Below are positions 34,552 through 47,879 of a stretch of DNA of 64,000 nt, in pieces. Each line of letters begins with the position of its first letter. Position 1 is the stretch's first letter. Source of the DNA: Dicyema japonicum (Eukaryota; Animalia; Dicyemida); NCBI GenBank assembly GCA_011109175.1, contig RDEW01000026.1, positions 823,695-887,694 on the forward strand. The letters run 5' to 3'. Both the position numbers and the translations under genes were made by a program. The notes beneath the pieces were generated by a model, which saw nothing but the letters and a program-made list of their open reading frames with translations, was not told the origin of the DNA and searched no databases.

Positions 34552-37500
34552 TCACGAACAATCAGGACAACTCCAAAAATGTCCAGAATAACAGCTTCTA
34601 TGTACGACATTAATGCAAAATCTGCATCTTATGAAAGAGTTCTGATTAACAACATCCTCCCCACAATAATAACATCCTCCAATCACCACACTCGGAGGAT
34701 TATCGACGTCATTACTAAATAAACTAAATTTACTGTCTCCTTCATACGACTGATAACTACCAAACAGAGATTCCTTTTCTTTAATTGGCAGAACTCCAGA
34801 GATCACCACGTCTGATTCATTTGAACTATATGAGGTCTTTTCACGTGTAAGTGGATCACAAAATAGAGAGGTCGTCTCCAAATCATTACTATCAGGGAAG
34901 ATGGAGGATACCCGACGGGTAATCCTTCCACTTTTAGTCACAACATTCGTATAGACTAAGTCAGACGTCACCACAGGTTCACTTCTCTGGAAATTCTTTC
35001 GAGGTCTTCCCACCTTAGGTTTGGATTCTCCACCAATGGACTCCTTCACCGACGGAGACATATCAACCTTCTTCCTCTTAGTATACTTCCTTTTCCCGAC
35101 AACACACTGACTGTTAATCACGCTGCAATTAGTCAACAAATACTTTGAGGGAGAACACACAGTCTCAGATAACGGGGATTTCTCAGCAATGCCCACACAT
35201 TTGACACACTTCCATGGCACTGAGTTAGTGTGACATCTTTGGTGAACCACATTGAGGCAAGTGGTACAGGATGTAAACGGGTCATCAGACGTGCACACAC
35301 CACCACATTTATAGCAGGTTCTGTCAATTTTAACCATAACAGAAAGCTAGAATAAGCATATTCATACATTTGGGGGGTCAAATGCACTGTTGATAGTAAT
35401 TGGCCTGGTAATGCTACTTGTTCTGTTACATGTCAACTTCAAGTCCCCCAGAGATTGCAGTTTTGGAGGATTTGAAAATTTGATTTCCTCTCCGATTCTC
35501 CTGACCCCTGTTTTTAACAGCTTTCTAACAGGAGCACCCTCTTCAGTATCCATTTTATCCTCCGTGGTCTCCTTTATATGAGTTTGGTCCGTCAACAGTG
35601 GATTATTAGATGTTGTAAAGGCCGGATCAGTCAGTAACATGATGGGTATGCTATCCTCAGGGTCACTCACTAATGTGACCTCATCATTATGGCTACAAGC
35701 TACACCCTCTTTCGAGTCATCCACAAAAGGAATATCTGTTAAAGTAACCTCCCCCAGATCGCATAGTTTGATGTCCCTTCCATCGTTAACCACATCTTCC
35801 TGTGAATCATGCTGGGGAGAATCAACCGAAGTACTAGAACAGGTGTGCTGAGGGATTTGTGGCTTCAATTGATCCACAGTCGTTTTATTTGTGTTAATTT
35901 TGGTTCTTTTTGTGTACTTTCTCTTTGGTTTGGGTAAATCTGATGATTCAGTCTTCTTTACTTTCTCTTTTTTGACTTCTTCTTAGTCTTTTTTACGTAT
36001 TTTTTCTTTTGGATGTTCTCTGGGATTGTAACGTACATTTTGGCTGTTGGACGACGAACACGTGCTATTGGGGTGTCACTAGCCGCCTTTTGAATGGATT
36101 CCTTAAAATCTACTGTCACGTGGCAGGAGGAACAACGCCTAGGATAACTAATCAACTAAACCATGCATATCCCATCCCAATTTTTGGGACTGACTCCAAC
36201 GGGGGAGAAAGACAATGAATATGCTGAGACTTATCACAGGTTGCACACCTCACAAGCAAATGCTGTTGTCCTCTACTCCCACAGATAGAACACCTGCGCT
36301 CATAAATAAGTCATACAGTTCTATATTAGCCTTGCTTTGATTAGATGACTTGGCCACCTTGAATTTAGGCATTACATTTCCGCAAGATTGAACATTAGGC
36401 AAAGAATTTATGCTGTTTTGCAATTCAAATACCAAAGAATTACACAAAAACAAACCCTTCCCGTAATATCAGAAATGTGAGAGTATAACTTAATCATTTT
36501 CTCCCTAATTGAAGTCGAATCGTCAGTATTTTTCTTTGCCTGGAGTAAAGGACCTGATAAACCATTTCGAAGTTCTGAATAAGCTTAGTCTCCTTCTCTC
36601 TCAGTAATTCGTTTTCTTGTTTGAGGGTCGACAGTGTGATTCTCATGTCCCCGATCCGTTTATCACGATCTAATAGAACCAACAAATCTTACCCAAGAAG
36701 TAGTGGACATAAGCTGGAGTAAAGCCTGGAGGGATATACCACAGCTTGGAGACATCAAAGTCCTGCACATTGATGCTTGTGTTGATATTCATGATCTCAG
36801 CCTTCCGCAGTAATCGCCTCAGGGCACTTGCGGAGGTCGACAAGTCACGTGAAAAGACACCAAAGAGTCCCCTGATGTCGAATGACTTGATCATTTCTCG
36901 CTGATCCTTCTCATATTTGACCTTCATAGCAGCCAGTACCGATTTGTTATGTTTCTAAAAATATAAACGGTCCCCGACTTGGTGGTCACCAGAATAGGAC
37001 CCGATCTTCTCCATGTTGAGCTGTGCACTCAAAAGAGAGGCAGTCCATAGTCGTTTCCGCTTCAGGACCTGCTCTGGGGTACTGTGTTGGGCACACTGAG
37101 CGTAAAAGTAGGAAAACCCAGTCCCTGACGCGTTCTCCTACAGTAAAGTGACCCCATACCTCATATGAGCTGCATAGGAATCCATCCCTCAAGGCACTGA
37201 ATAGATCAAACTAAGGATACCAGGATACGTGGAAAAAGGTCTTACAAAGCCCGGAATCACATTGAATCGTCACCCCTGTGGAGGCAAACCTCCAGTCCGC
37301 ACAGATCGAACATTTCTTATGTAACCATATACTGTACCCTGGCTCCGTAGCTAGAATAAGGAATTTCCATGAGCGAAATTCCATCGAAGGAGTCGTCGGC
37401 ATCGAAGAGAACCCCAGGGACCACCATAGCACAAATCAGATGGACCCATCTTCCACACAACGTCTTCTTGAAGGCTCCTCCACTGTTGGGACAGAGGGCA

Positions 37501-37991
37501 CAGCTTGGATTCATCTCGGACTCCAAACAAGCCTTGCAGAACCATGGTTCCGTTGAAACTGTGGATTCCAAACTAATGTTGTCCCATATAGCCTCGTTAT
37601 CAGCAATTCCATAACACTCTGCAGTCACAAAAAAACGAAACCCTCATGAACGGAAACCCCACATGAATCACAGACAACGACCTCCTCCTTAGAAGAACTG
37701 AATGAGCTAGTAAAACTACTCGTTTAGGCAGATCATGCAGTGAGGCTGAGGATCTCGTCCATCAGCTTCTGGGACTTCCATTTCTTTTTCGATTTTGATC
37801 TCAGACTCGAAACTTGATTGCTCAGAACCATCGCTTTCGACAGACCCATCCATACATGTGGAGTCACTTTCATCGCTCTCATCTTTCATGATCTTGTAGA
37901 TTTCGTCCATTCTGTCGGAGGAGATGGGTTTGAGGCGACGTTTGCCAGGCGCCCGTTCTGGTGGAATAAATTGGTTAGAAAAATGTTCCAT
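34552..37991 (-). CDS. PHF14: PHF14-like multi-PHD finger protein, multi-exon
   Basis: N-terminal KRRLKP..DESDESD; PZP module (CMICL..CDSCGVSVHE.CYG..STEPWFCKAC..CALCPN.GGAFKKT..RWVHLICA..YGA..CSICADWRFASTGV..CDSGLCKTFFHVSCA); PHD3 (HIHCLSPPL..W..CSSC); two C-terminal PHD-like fingers; 21-24 nt introns. Confidence 0.85.
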
Positions 37992-38289
37992 AGTTAATTC
38001 TAAAATAATGAGAATTATTAAAAATATGTATATATTAATAACTAAATAGAATTTAATAATAAATGTCCACCAATACACACAACGAATGACTTATTTGTTA
38101 GCTTATGCTGTTTTCTTTTATTTTAAAGATTATTTTCCTAACTTTTTGATAAAAAAAAATTATAATATTTTAAATCCTCTCACATAAACAGAATATTCTC
38201 AAAAAATTAATTGTTTAAATTAATTGAAAAAATTAACTAAAAAGTCAATTCAATAGGCCACATAACTCTCATTTTATTTCTTAATAGAT

Positions 38290-39290
38290 GGTGGGTGATC
38301 CACTCAAGTGTATTGTGGTAGTCCGAGTCTGTTTATATACTAGGAATCAACTCGCCGAGTGACAATTGATGCTAACTCGCCACAATAAGACTGGCATCAC
38401 CTCGTCACAAATTAATTGATTAAAATTTATAACAATTTTAACATAATTTCAAACAATAAATGTTATCAATAGGTTTTTGTATCATTTGCAAGCATTCTTG
38501 CATCTTTTACTAATCTCAGCTTTGCTTCTTTTTGTGAACAGCATCGATTATTGGTAAATAATTGCCTTTCTTAATTTGAATAAAATCAAATCAGATTTTT
38601 ACGTACGTCTCAATAAATTGCAATATTTGGATTTGCAGTCCTAAACTGGGCATTCAGTGATCTATGCCATGCTTCAACAGCATTTGTACTTTTTGAAATA
38701 TAATTTATAACTCGATCATGACAAGACCAAAATGTTAACCAAATTAAAGGCTTTACTTTATTAAAATGAACTTTTCCAATGAATGTTCTTTGAAAATACT
38801 CAATGAAGTTTCTATTTTTTATTCATTATTTAATATTATTTTCGTTTTGTTTTCGATAAAAAAAACTTTTTAATTTTGATGGCGGTAAAAAACATAAATT
38901 TAAAAAAATTTCTTATTACACTTCTGAATTTGAGATCATTTTTATATTTTGAAGAAATTCCAAGTTCCCATTTTATCAGAGGAAGTGCTGATACTTCTTC
39001 ATTTGAGCGTTGCTTGTAGCGTCCCAGAGATCAGAAATCAAAGAAGGACAAGAGAAGAGGTCTTGTGGTAGTCCGATTCTGTTTATATACTCTCTTAAAC
39101 AAAAATAATTATCGTAGTGAAGGCGTGTCATGTAGACACTAACTTCCAGGAAAAGGGAAGATTTGTTTCTATCAATGTTGGGGAAGACGTCACGGAAACT
39201 TGTTGATACCAAGGATACAGATATTAAATATATAAAGCGGGAAAATAAATTGAATTTTATTCGAAAAATTTTATTAATAACCAAAACACC
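38290..39290 (-). mobile_element. Mutator (MULE) transposase remnant
   Basis: STNAVEAWHRSLN resembles the MULE RTNN..E.WH..LN motif; degenerate. Confidence 0.5.
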
Positions 39291-39479
39291 ATAATTTTAA
39301 GAAAATTAAAATATCATATTTTTAGTGTAAAAACTAATATTTCGATTATTTATTGTATCACTTTTTTAAAATTTTATTTTAAATTTTAATGCATCGTGGT
39401 CACGGTTTGGTTTTACCGTTGTCTTGGTGCTAAATAAATAATAACGTAGAAAATACCTTCAAAACATGGCTAATAAATT

Positions 39480-39625
39480 CAATGGGGATGGTTTGACTAG
39501 CCGCATGGTGTCAACGTTGATGTGGTGCTATGCGGCTACTTGATTGAAGAATTTAGTTTGTTTCTTCTGTTCCTCTTATCTTTAATAGATTGGTGTCATG
39601 TGGTGCACCCGCCTACTGGTGAGTT
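39480..39625 (+). mobile_element. Diverged remnant of the RTE 3'UTR
   Basis: Collinear with the reverse complement of 41590-41715 (GCCGC.TGG.G.CA, CTGTTCCTC, TAATAGA.TGG.GTCATGTG, CACC..GGTGA). Confidence 0.6.
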
Positions 39626-39699
39626 GTTAAAAATTAATTAAAAATTCTAATTAAAGAAATTAATTAAAAAATTTAATTAAAAATTAAATTGTGGGCAAT

Positions 39700-40046
39700 G
39701 TAGATTTCACGATCCTCTGCATTGAAACTATCCGTAATCAAGGAGACTGCAATAGGATTAATTGGACCACAACACAAAATCCAGCCCATTGAAAATTTCT
39801 TAATCGAACTACAACGGAAACTCTTAAAGGATGCTAGTTTACCGAGATGCCCTCTATATCATACACTATAGAAGTATCTACAATTATACAGAAATTTTGA
39901 GCCTATGCCATGTCCAATGAGAAGAGCTGTTCAGGATTCTCGACCCCTTCGGACTCGTTCCTTCCCTTGTCGGTCTGGGATCACTTAGTTGAGAACTTTT
40001 ATTTCTTCCCTTTGACCCAGTGATCCTAGGAGTAATAATAATAATT
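39700..40046 (+). mobile_element. Jockey-like LINE 3' fragment ending in (TAA)n
   Basis: CTGGGATCAC...GTGATCCTAG stem followed by TAATAATAATAAT. Confidence 0.55.
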
Positions 40047-40682
40047 GTCGTTTGTTGTCGTAATGCCGAAAAACAAAATTTTCGATTCTAAAGGAGTTTT
40101 TCCTATTTTTAATAAATATCCAAAAGAATTTTCTTTTTCATCGGACTGAAGATTGTTTTAATGGTTCATCGCAATGGTTTATCCAAACCACAGGCAAATC
40201 AACACATGTTTCAAGGATTCCAAATACGAACAATACTTTGCTAATGATTTTGCTTAAGCACTTTTAACTGGAAATATACCGCTTTATAATACAAAATCCC
40301 GCAATCGTAAACTTTTCCGACAAATATGGTACTTGTGTCCCTACGGATACCAAATGCCGTGATATTGTCAAGTTTTAAAAATTATTGAAATAATTTCAAA
40401 TGACAAAATTATTTAATGATCCACGAAACTGACGTAGGTACAGGTAAATGTGTTAATTGTCTTGTTAGAACAATAAAAAACCCTCAAAGATATAATTGGT
40501 TGTATTCCAATTGATTTATCCCCCAAATCCGCATTATGGCAAGTGATTGTTGATGCTATTAGCAACGTTAATATTGAGAGAAAAAATTTCTATGACTCAT
40601 TTCAGATATGCTCCTTATATGGTTTCAGCGGGAAAATATTGAATTATGACCAGACGTCAAATGCCATTGAAAAAATTGGTAT

Positions 40683-41014
40683 AATAACAGCCTTTTCACG
40701 AGAGCCATAATATTTAAGCTCCGCATAGGCAGAACACACACTTTATTTAAGTAAAGAACAGTTAATTTTGACTAATCGTAGAACCAAAGAATGATATTCA
40801 CTTTTTTTGCTTTTTATTGTGTGTGGGTCCTTTTTAGACTATCCAGTTCCGCAGTGAATATCCAGTGATGACGGAACCTTCCACCAGGTAACAACGGCGT
40901 CACTCGTAAGCCCTTTTTACATCGTTGATGCGTGGAACCTCCCACCAGGTGAACAGCATCGAGAATCGAACTTGTAACCTATGCCACTTTTGCCCGACAC
41001 CTAACCAATATGCC
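40683..41014 (-). mobile_element. tRNA-derived SINE, copy 3
   Basis: 13-bp TSD AAAAAATTGGTAT at 40670-40682 and 41015-41027; small internal duplication near 40875-40895. Confidence 0.9.
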
Positions 41015-41399
41015 AAAAAATTGGTATATTTAAATTAATAAAATGAAAAGTCAGGAAAATGTTATAAAAATGCGAAAAAAATAGATGGAGTTCCACGTAC
41101 AAGACGGTGACATAATTCATTAACGAATATTTTAAATAAAATTGAATTACAATTTTTTACAATATCTAAGGCATATTATTTGCTAAAGAATACTGATTTT
41201 AATATTCCTGTAATATTAAAAAAAGGACATTTCAGGAATCAACTTATGTAGTAATTTCTCCATTTGATCATTACAGTACGACCCCGGTTTGGGGCAGACC
41301 CCAGGGGTGGTCTACACTCGGTTTTTTGGGCACCCCCGCTTTTAGGGGAAGTTTTTGAAAACAGTCAATTTTCATTATATTATTTATTTTTTTATTATT

Positions 41400-44300
41400 A
41401 TTTTATTAACCCCGGATACACCGAGAAAGAAGTTAAAGTAAACAACTAATTAAGTGTATCCAGTTTCCACTTCTACAGAGTCCATCAGGAATTAGCATAA
41501 AGGGTAAGACGTCCATTACATGAAGTTGTGGAAACCCCTCCAGTGAAGTGGAAGAGCAAATGATCCTTTTTCATGCCGGCCTGGCACTGGGCGTCACCTA
41601 GACAGGTGGATCACATGACGCCACTCTATTAGAAGGAGAGAGGAGGAACAGACAAGCAAGCAGAAAAATTAAACCAATTAACCACGCAGCACCATATGGC
41701 GCCACGCGGCCTTAATCATTTATTTTTGATGACCCCGGTTTTTTTTAAGCACTCCCGGGAAATCAAAAATTAATTAGATTAATTAAGTTCCCCTTGTGCC
41801 ACGTCCAGTATCCTCCCACACATCCTCTTCCATGTTCCCCTGTTCCGGGCCATTGCTCGTAGTGAGTCAAGATCTTCACCATTTCGTAGAGTTTTGTTTA
41901 TTCGGATTAGGTCATCATTTAGTACTGAAGGCAACGTCACTCTAGGCCTGCCACGGAATGATCCCTTCAGTTGTGCGAAATAGTTCTCCATTGCAATGTT
42001 TGGTGGAGTCAACATATCCATTCGTAAGATGTGACCAAAAAGTCTCCACCTAGCCTTGAGAATCTCCTCTGATAATGGCCTTAAGCCACATCTTTTGTAC
42101 AGTTCTGAATTTGATATCTTTTTCGGGAAATGTATTCTCAAGATGTTTCTTAGTTGATTTCTATGAAATTGATCCAGATTGTCCATTTCCCGTTTCGTAA
42201 TCCCCCATGTCCCACAGTTGTATGTCAGGACTGGAACCACGAATGTTTTATACAATTTTAGCTTTGTATTGGTAGTTATGCTCTTCTTAGTACGCCAGAT
42301 AGTTAAGAATTTTTTATATGCAGCAGTGGAAAGGATTTTTCTGTGGGTCACATCTTCTGAGTCTCCAAGTAGTGAACCAACTTTTTTATGCCTTCTCCAT
42401 GATTCATCGTAAGTGCGTACAACTCGTACAAGTTTTGTATATTCAGTTTTGTCTTGGTTGACAACTAAGAACCATTTAGAAAAGGCATTTGGTAAGTTCT
42501 TGAGAACGTGATGAAGAATTTCAACATCTTCAGAAACAAAGTCAAGATCGTCTGCATATATTAACTCGGTTATTTTGTTGTTCTCAATTAAAGGCCTGAA
42601 ATCTCTCAGTGCAGTTTCCATGTAGATTATGAATAGAACTGGTGACAAAGAGTCTCCTTGCGGAATTCCACGTGAAGTATAAAAGAATTCTGAAGTAGTT
42701 TTTCCGAGTTTGGTTGCTAGTTGCGTATTCTGCAGTAGTTTTTGTATAATTTTGACATCATCCGTTGTTAGGAAGCTTGTGAGTACTTCAAGAAGTTTGC
42801 CTCTATGAACCGAGTCAAACGCTCTGGACATGTCTATTCCGAGAACATCTATGCACTTTTTATATTTTTGGCATAGAGCACTTGCCCATCTGTGTGTCCA
42901 AATGACATCGGCAGTGGATCTGCCTGACCGGAAACCACTTTGTCCTGGTGACAGAAAATACTCCACCTTGTCTTTGATTCTTTCCAATGTAATAATTGAC
43001 AAGATTTTTCGCAGCGTAGTTAGTAGGATGATTGGTCTTAGGTTGGAAAGGGGCCCTTTGGGTTTTCCAGGTTTTTGCAGTGGAATTCACCAACCCTTGC
43101 CAATGTCTAACGTAGTGTTTTCTTCAAATATTTTGTTGAGTATATTGGTAATGATTTTTACCAACTTCACTGGGGCATACTTAATATGTTCGGCTGGGAT
43201 ATTATCTGGTCCTGCCGATCTGTCATTTTTCAATTTTTTAATTGCATCCAGTGTTTCTTGTGTGTTTATTGGGATGTCCAAACCATGCTTGACTTGTGCA
43301 CCAAATTTATAGCCTATTTCGTTGTCCCAGTTGAGCATATGAAAGTAATAAGCAGATATAGTAGCTGCTTTGTCCTTTTCATCGATAATTATTCTGCCAA
43401 GGATGTCATTGATTATTATGGGGCACTCTTTTTCTTATTAATTGAATAGCTTTGAACATTTTCACTCCATCTTTATATTTTTCAATGTCTTCAATTTGTT
43501 TTTCTATTTCTTTAGCCGTTAAGGATTTCTGAGTTTGCTTGATTTTTAATAATGTTCGGTTTCGTTGTTGCCAAAGTTCCTTGGCCTTTTCTGGAGACCT
43601 TGAGTTTTCTATCTTCAATTCAAGGCTTTCTGGTTTTCTGATAGGACGCAGATATCATGATTGTAAAATTTACGGGGTTTTGTAATACTTCCCAACACAT
43701 CACATGCTGTACCTTTTATCGACTTTGTCCCAAATAATATGAACAGGTTTAGTTTCGTCGATATCATTAAGTTCAAGATTTAGTTGATACGCATATTTCT
43801 GTTGAGTTGACTTGTCATGTAATAATTGGATATCATATTGCTCCTGCTTTTTATTGGAAGGTGTTTTCATTTGGTTATGGACTTTGTATAGTCCAATGCG
43901 AGTAACCACAATTTTATGTTCACTATTTGTCTCTAATCCTCCATATGACCTGGAGTCTACGAGGAGATGTTTGTGACCTCGTCTGCATAGTCTGTAGTCA
44001 ATTTGATTATATATTTTTATGTAATTTCCTTGAAAATCCTTCCTAGTTCCAGTCCACGTCGTCTTGTGTCTCGCTGGGTGACGAAATGCCGTATTGCACA
44101 AAAACAGATCCAAGGAAGTGCAAAAGTGGATTATTGCCATTCCGGGCGTGTTTCGCCGATTTCTTCCATGAGATCCGATACAAGTTTCTCCAGATCTGGC
44201 TTTCCCTGCTTTGGCATTCCAGTCCCCGGCAATTAAGCAAAAATATGAAGAACTGAGAGTGTTGTAAACCCTTATGAGGGCGGAGTAGAATTCGTCTAGT

Positions 44301-44745
44301 TCTTCTGGATTGGCAGATGCCCTGATTCCAGTCGGGGCGTATATGTTGATGATTGTCACTGTAGAGTTTGGTTTGCTTCCCCACCGGATTTGCAGTACCG
44401 CAATCCTGTCTGTAACGACCCACATCCGAGATATACGACTATACAATGTGTGATGAATAGCAAATCCAAGTCCATAGTGACGACACGTTGTTGGAAGGGT
44501 AATCAAATGATAATTTCCCACCCGCATGCATGTGTTGTCAGTTATTTTTGTTTTCTGTAGGCAGCATACTGATACCTTATAGTGATCCAAATCACGTGAC
44601 AGCTGAAGCTTCTTGTATGTTGGATTGAGTCCTCTTACATTCAGGGTACCCACAGAAAAAGGGCAGTTAGATATTAGACGTGAGAAAGACATATGTGCTA
44701 TAGAGGGACGTCACCACCTCAACCAAAAAAACCCGGTTTGTGGCA
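41400..44745 (-). mobile_element. Near full-length RTE-clade LINE (APE-RT), a few frameshifts
   Basis: APE ORF 43700-44692 (TLNVRGL, IYAPT, GDWNAK, QIDY); RT ORF 41779-43002 (QSGFRSGRST, DMSRAFDSV, GIPQGDSLSP, YADD); about 380-bp 3'UTR and A-rich tail. Confidence 0.93.
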
Positions 44746-44813
44746 CATATTAATTTATTTAATTACAAAATGTTATTTTATTTATTAATTATTAAATAGT
44801 ACTATTATTTCAC

Positions 44814-45132
44814 CGGGTGGCGTAGTGGTTAGGTGTCGGGCTTAAGTGGCTTTGGCTACGGGTTCGAATCTCGCTGCTGTTCACCTGGTGGAAGGTTCCA
44901 CGCATCTACGATGCAGAAAGGGTTTGACGAGTGACGCCGTCATCAGTGAATACTCACTGCGGAACTGGATTTGTCTAGAAAGGACACTCACACAAGAAAA
45001 AGAAAAAAAAGTGAAGATCATTCCTTGGTTCTACGATTAGTTAAAATTAACTGTTCTTTACTTAAATAAAGTGTGTGTCCTGCCTATGCGGAGCTATAAA
45101 ATACTATGGCTCTCGTGAAAAGGCTTTATTAT
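44814..45132 (+). mobile_element. tRNA-derived SINE, copy 4 (full length)
   Basis: A-box TGGCGTAGTGG (44818), B-box GGTTCGAATC (44861), (TTA)n tail; TSD TATTATTTCAC at 44803-44813 and 45133-45143. Confidence 0.92.
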
Positions 45133-45159
45133 TATTATTTCACGTGTTTATTTTGATTC

Positions 45160-46260
45160 TTGTATGGTTCGTAAAAAGAATTCAAAGATTAATTATGAAA
45201 CAAAAATTAAAATTGCTAAAGACATAAAACATGGTTAATTTTCAGAAAGAGATCTCGCTAAAAAGTATAAAACGAGCAACGGTATCTTTTTAAATAATTA
45301 TAATTACAGGTACTTTTTCTCGCATTAAACAAAATTTGGTTTATTATTTTGACGTGAGATTAACTGAATGCGATCGAAACAAGGAATCATGCGATCCAAA
45401 TAATCAATCTTCTACACAAGATAAATCGTCTACACTAGATAGATTAGTTTTTGAAACTTTTCTACGTTTGAGAAATGAATTTCTTCCAATTTCTGGAACC
45501 ATATTAAAACTCATTGCAAAAAAAATTTCTACAAAAATAAATTATGAATCATTTAAGGCATGGATAGCCGGTTCAAGAAAAGGCACGAGTTGCTATTCAA
45601 AACTATAAGTGGAGAAAAGAATTTTTCTTTTGTATCCAATTTTTTCTCTGACAACTGTTTGGGAACTGTAGGAAGTGAAAATATTTTCAACTGTGACGAA
45701 ACAGCTTTATACATAAAGCGAACGCCGTCGAAATTTTTTTTCAATTTAATGACAAATGCAATTGAATCAAAAAGAGTAAAGTGAAGGTTTCCTTCTCCTT
45801 TGCTGTAATGCACTTGGTGATAAGCTAAAACCTCTATTAATTGGAAAATTCAAATCTCCTCGGTGTTTAAAAAATTTTAACGCCGAGGATCACGGAGTAC
45901 TATTTGCTGCCTCAAAAAATTCGTGGATGACTAGTGAGAAAATGATGCCAGAGATAACAATAATTAATTGCTAGCAGAAAATTAACGAAAACAGATCAAA
46001 AATTTTGGAAAATGTAGAGTTGGACGAAGAATTAATAATTGACGTGATAGCAGATGTTATAATAATGGATTCGACAGATTTTATTCAGGACAAAATCACT
46101 TATGATGGATATGAATCCAAAAAATCATCAATTAAAGAAATCATAAACATCATGAATTCTCTAGAAGATAATATTCTTAGTACATGTCCACAAAGTTTAA
46201 AAATTTACTACGAATTTCGAAAAAAACTATCAGGAGAACTGAAAAAACAATTCGGCGGGA
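45160..46260 (+). mobile_element. Degenerate Tigger/TIGD-like transposase
   Basis: CENP-B-type HTH pieces, IFNCDETAL, KLKPLLIGKFKSPRCLKNF and NSWMT; many lesions. Confidence 0.75.
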
Positions 46261-46269
46261 AAATTATTG

Positions 46270-47835
46270 ATTATTTTTAATAGTATATGTTGGACACACA
46301 ACCACTCTGTAAAGTCCAAACCTATAGAAGAACCAAAAATAGAAGATTCTACAGATAACAAGTCACTATTGATCACAGTTCACTGTACTATGAGTCTGAT
46401 AAAAATTGCGAATATCCTAAATTTTTACTATCAATATGGATTTTTGAGGATGAACCACAAAAGACCGGGCTCCTTCCGATTAGATTTCCGCGACAATAAC
46501 CACATGGTCGAATATATGAAGGCCATTAATGAGACCTGTCCCTTTGGACCTGACAACCACCACTTCAGAACGCTCATCAAAACCTTGTGAGATTGTTCTA
46601 AGGAACCTTCCTTTCTGGGTGAGTAAGAATGACCTCCTTGCCTACCTTCAGGAGATGGCACCCTCAACTTCGATGGTAACCCGAATGTCAAGAGGATCAC
46701 AGCCTATGGCAAAGTCCTCAGTTAGTAGTAATGCGGAGGCCACATCGTTGATACGTTGTGGATTTTACATTGGATCAAACAAGATCGAATGTGAGTGGAT
46801 GAAGAGGCCCCCTCCCATCTGCTACAACTGTGAACGCATCGGCCACATCGCGGCACAGTGTAAGGAAAAGAAGAGATGCATCAAGTGTGGAGGGGAGCAC
46901 GATCTTCTTATGTGTGAATATCCATCGAACGTGAGGACCAAGTGTATCAATTGTGAAGGAGCAGGACACAATGCCCGCCATAGAGGATGTCCGGCAATGA
47001 GAGAAGCATCGAAGAAGATAATTTCCATACAAACAGTGTCTAGAAAAGAAGGAATCAAGCCAATTCATGAAATGACGTGGACCAATACTTCACATACTCC
47101 TGATTGGCCGGTGGAGATGAGCGCTAAAAGGAAAAATTTGCAGAGAAAGTCAGAAGTTTGCGAGATGGTCAAACAGACGGAAGAGATTATGAAAACTGAT
47201 AGCTCTCACATTCGTGATGGATCGGTGGATCTGGGCGCCAAACGTAAACATGAACAGAGCAAAGCAGGAATCCCCGAGTCGGTATCTCGGGAGCTGAATG
47301 GTATTGTCTCTCGTCTGAACAATTTATGCAAAATGCTGAAAGTGGATTTTTGGAGTCTGGTGGACCTGGCTGTGGAGAGCGCAGGCCACCAACCAAACCG
47401 TTGAAAAGTAAATTGAAAGTAGTGATGGTGAATGCCCGCTCCCTGGTGAAAAGGCATGATGAACTAGCGCTACTTGTGAGGATTGCCAAGGTGGATGTCT
47501 TGGTAGTCAACGAGGAAAATCAAACAAGGAAAGAATATAGTATGGAAGGTATAACTCGGTGGGCATTCCATGGAAAGATGGAGCAGTAGCTGGAACTTCA
47601 ATCTTTTTTCGAAACGGTTTGCAAACACGGAATGATTGCAATGTAATGGCCGATGAGTCGGAATTTGTGTCCGTGGTTATTCTATGTGGAGGGAAATGGA
47701 TAAGCGTAGGAGGGCTATATTCTAAAGACTTGGCCCGATCTTCTGCGAAATTGTCCAATTTCGAAACTAACCCGATGTCGATTTCGGTAGGAGACCTCAA
47801 CGCTAAGAATACGAGCTATGGATGCTGCAAAAATA
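46270..47835 (+). mobile_element. Jockey/I/R1-like LINE 5' part: ORF1 with three CCHC knuckles and APE start
   Basis: CYNCERIGHIAAQC, CIKCGGEHDLLMC, CINCEGAGHNARHRGC; then VNARSL..VNE and GDLNAK. Confidence 0.85.
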
Positions 47836-47879
47836 ATAACAATTTACTGCAACTCAGGATAATTTTAGAAGGTTTTTTT

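Noticed and set aside
41572-41581. GGCCGGCATG (minus strand) matching the HDV ribozyme 5' end
   Set aside because: Only a 10-nt match; downstream sequence cannot form the HDV double pseudoknot.
44814-44890. Functional tRNA gene
   Set aside because: Extra bases separate the T-arm from the acceptor strand, and the head is always joined to the same body, tail and TSDs, so it is a SINE head.
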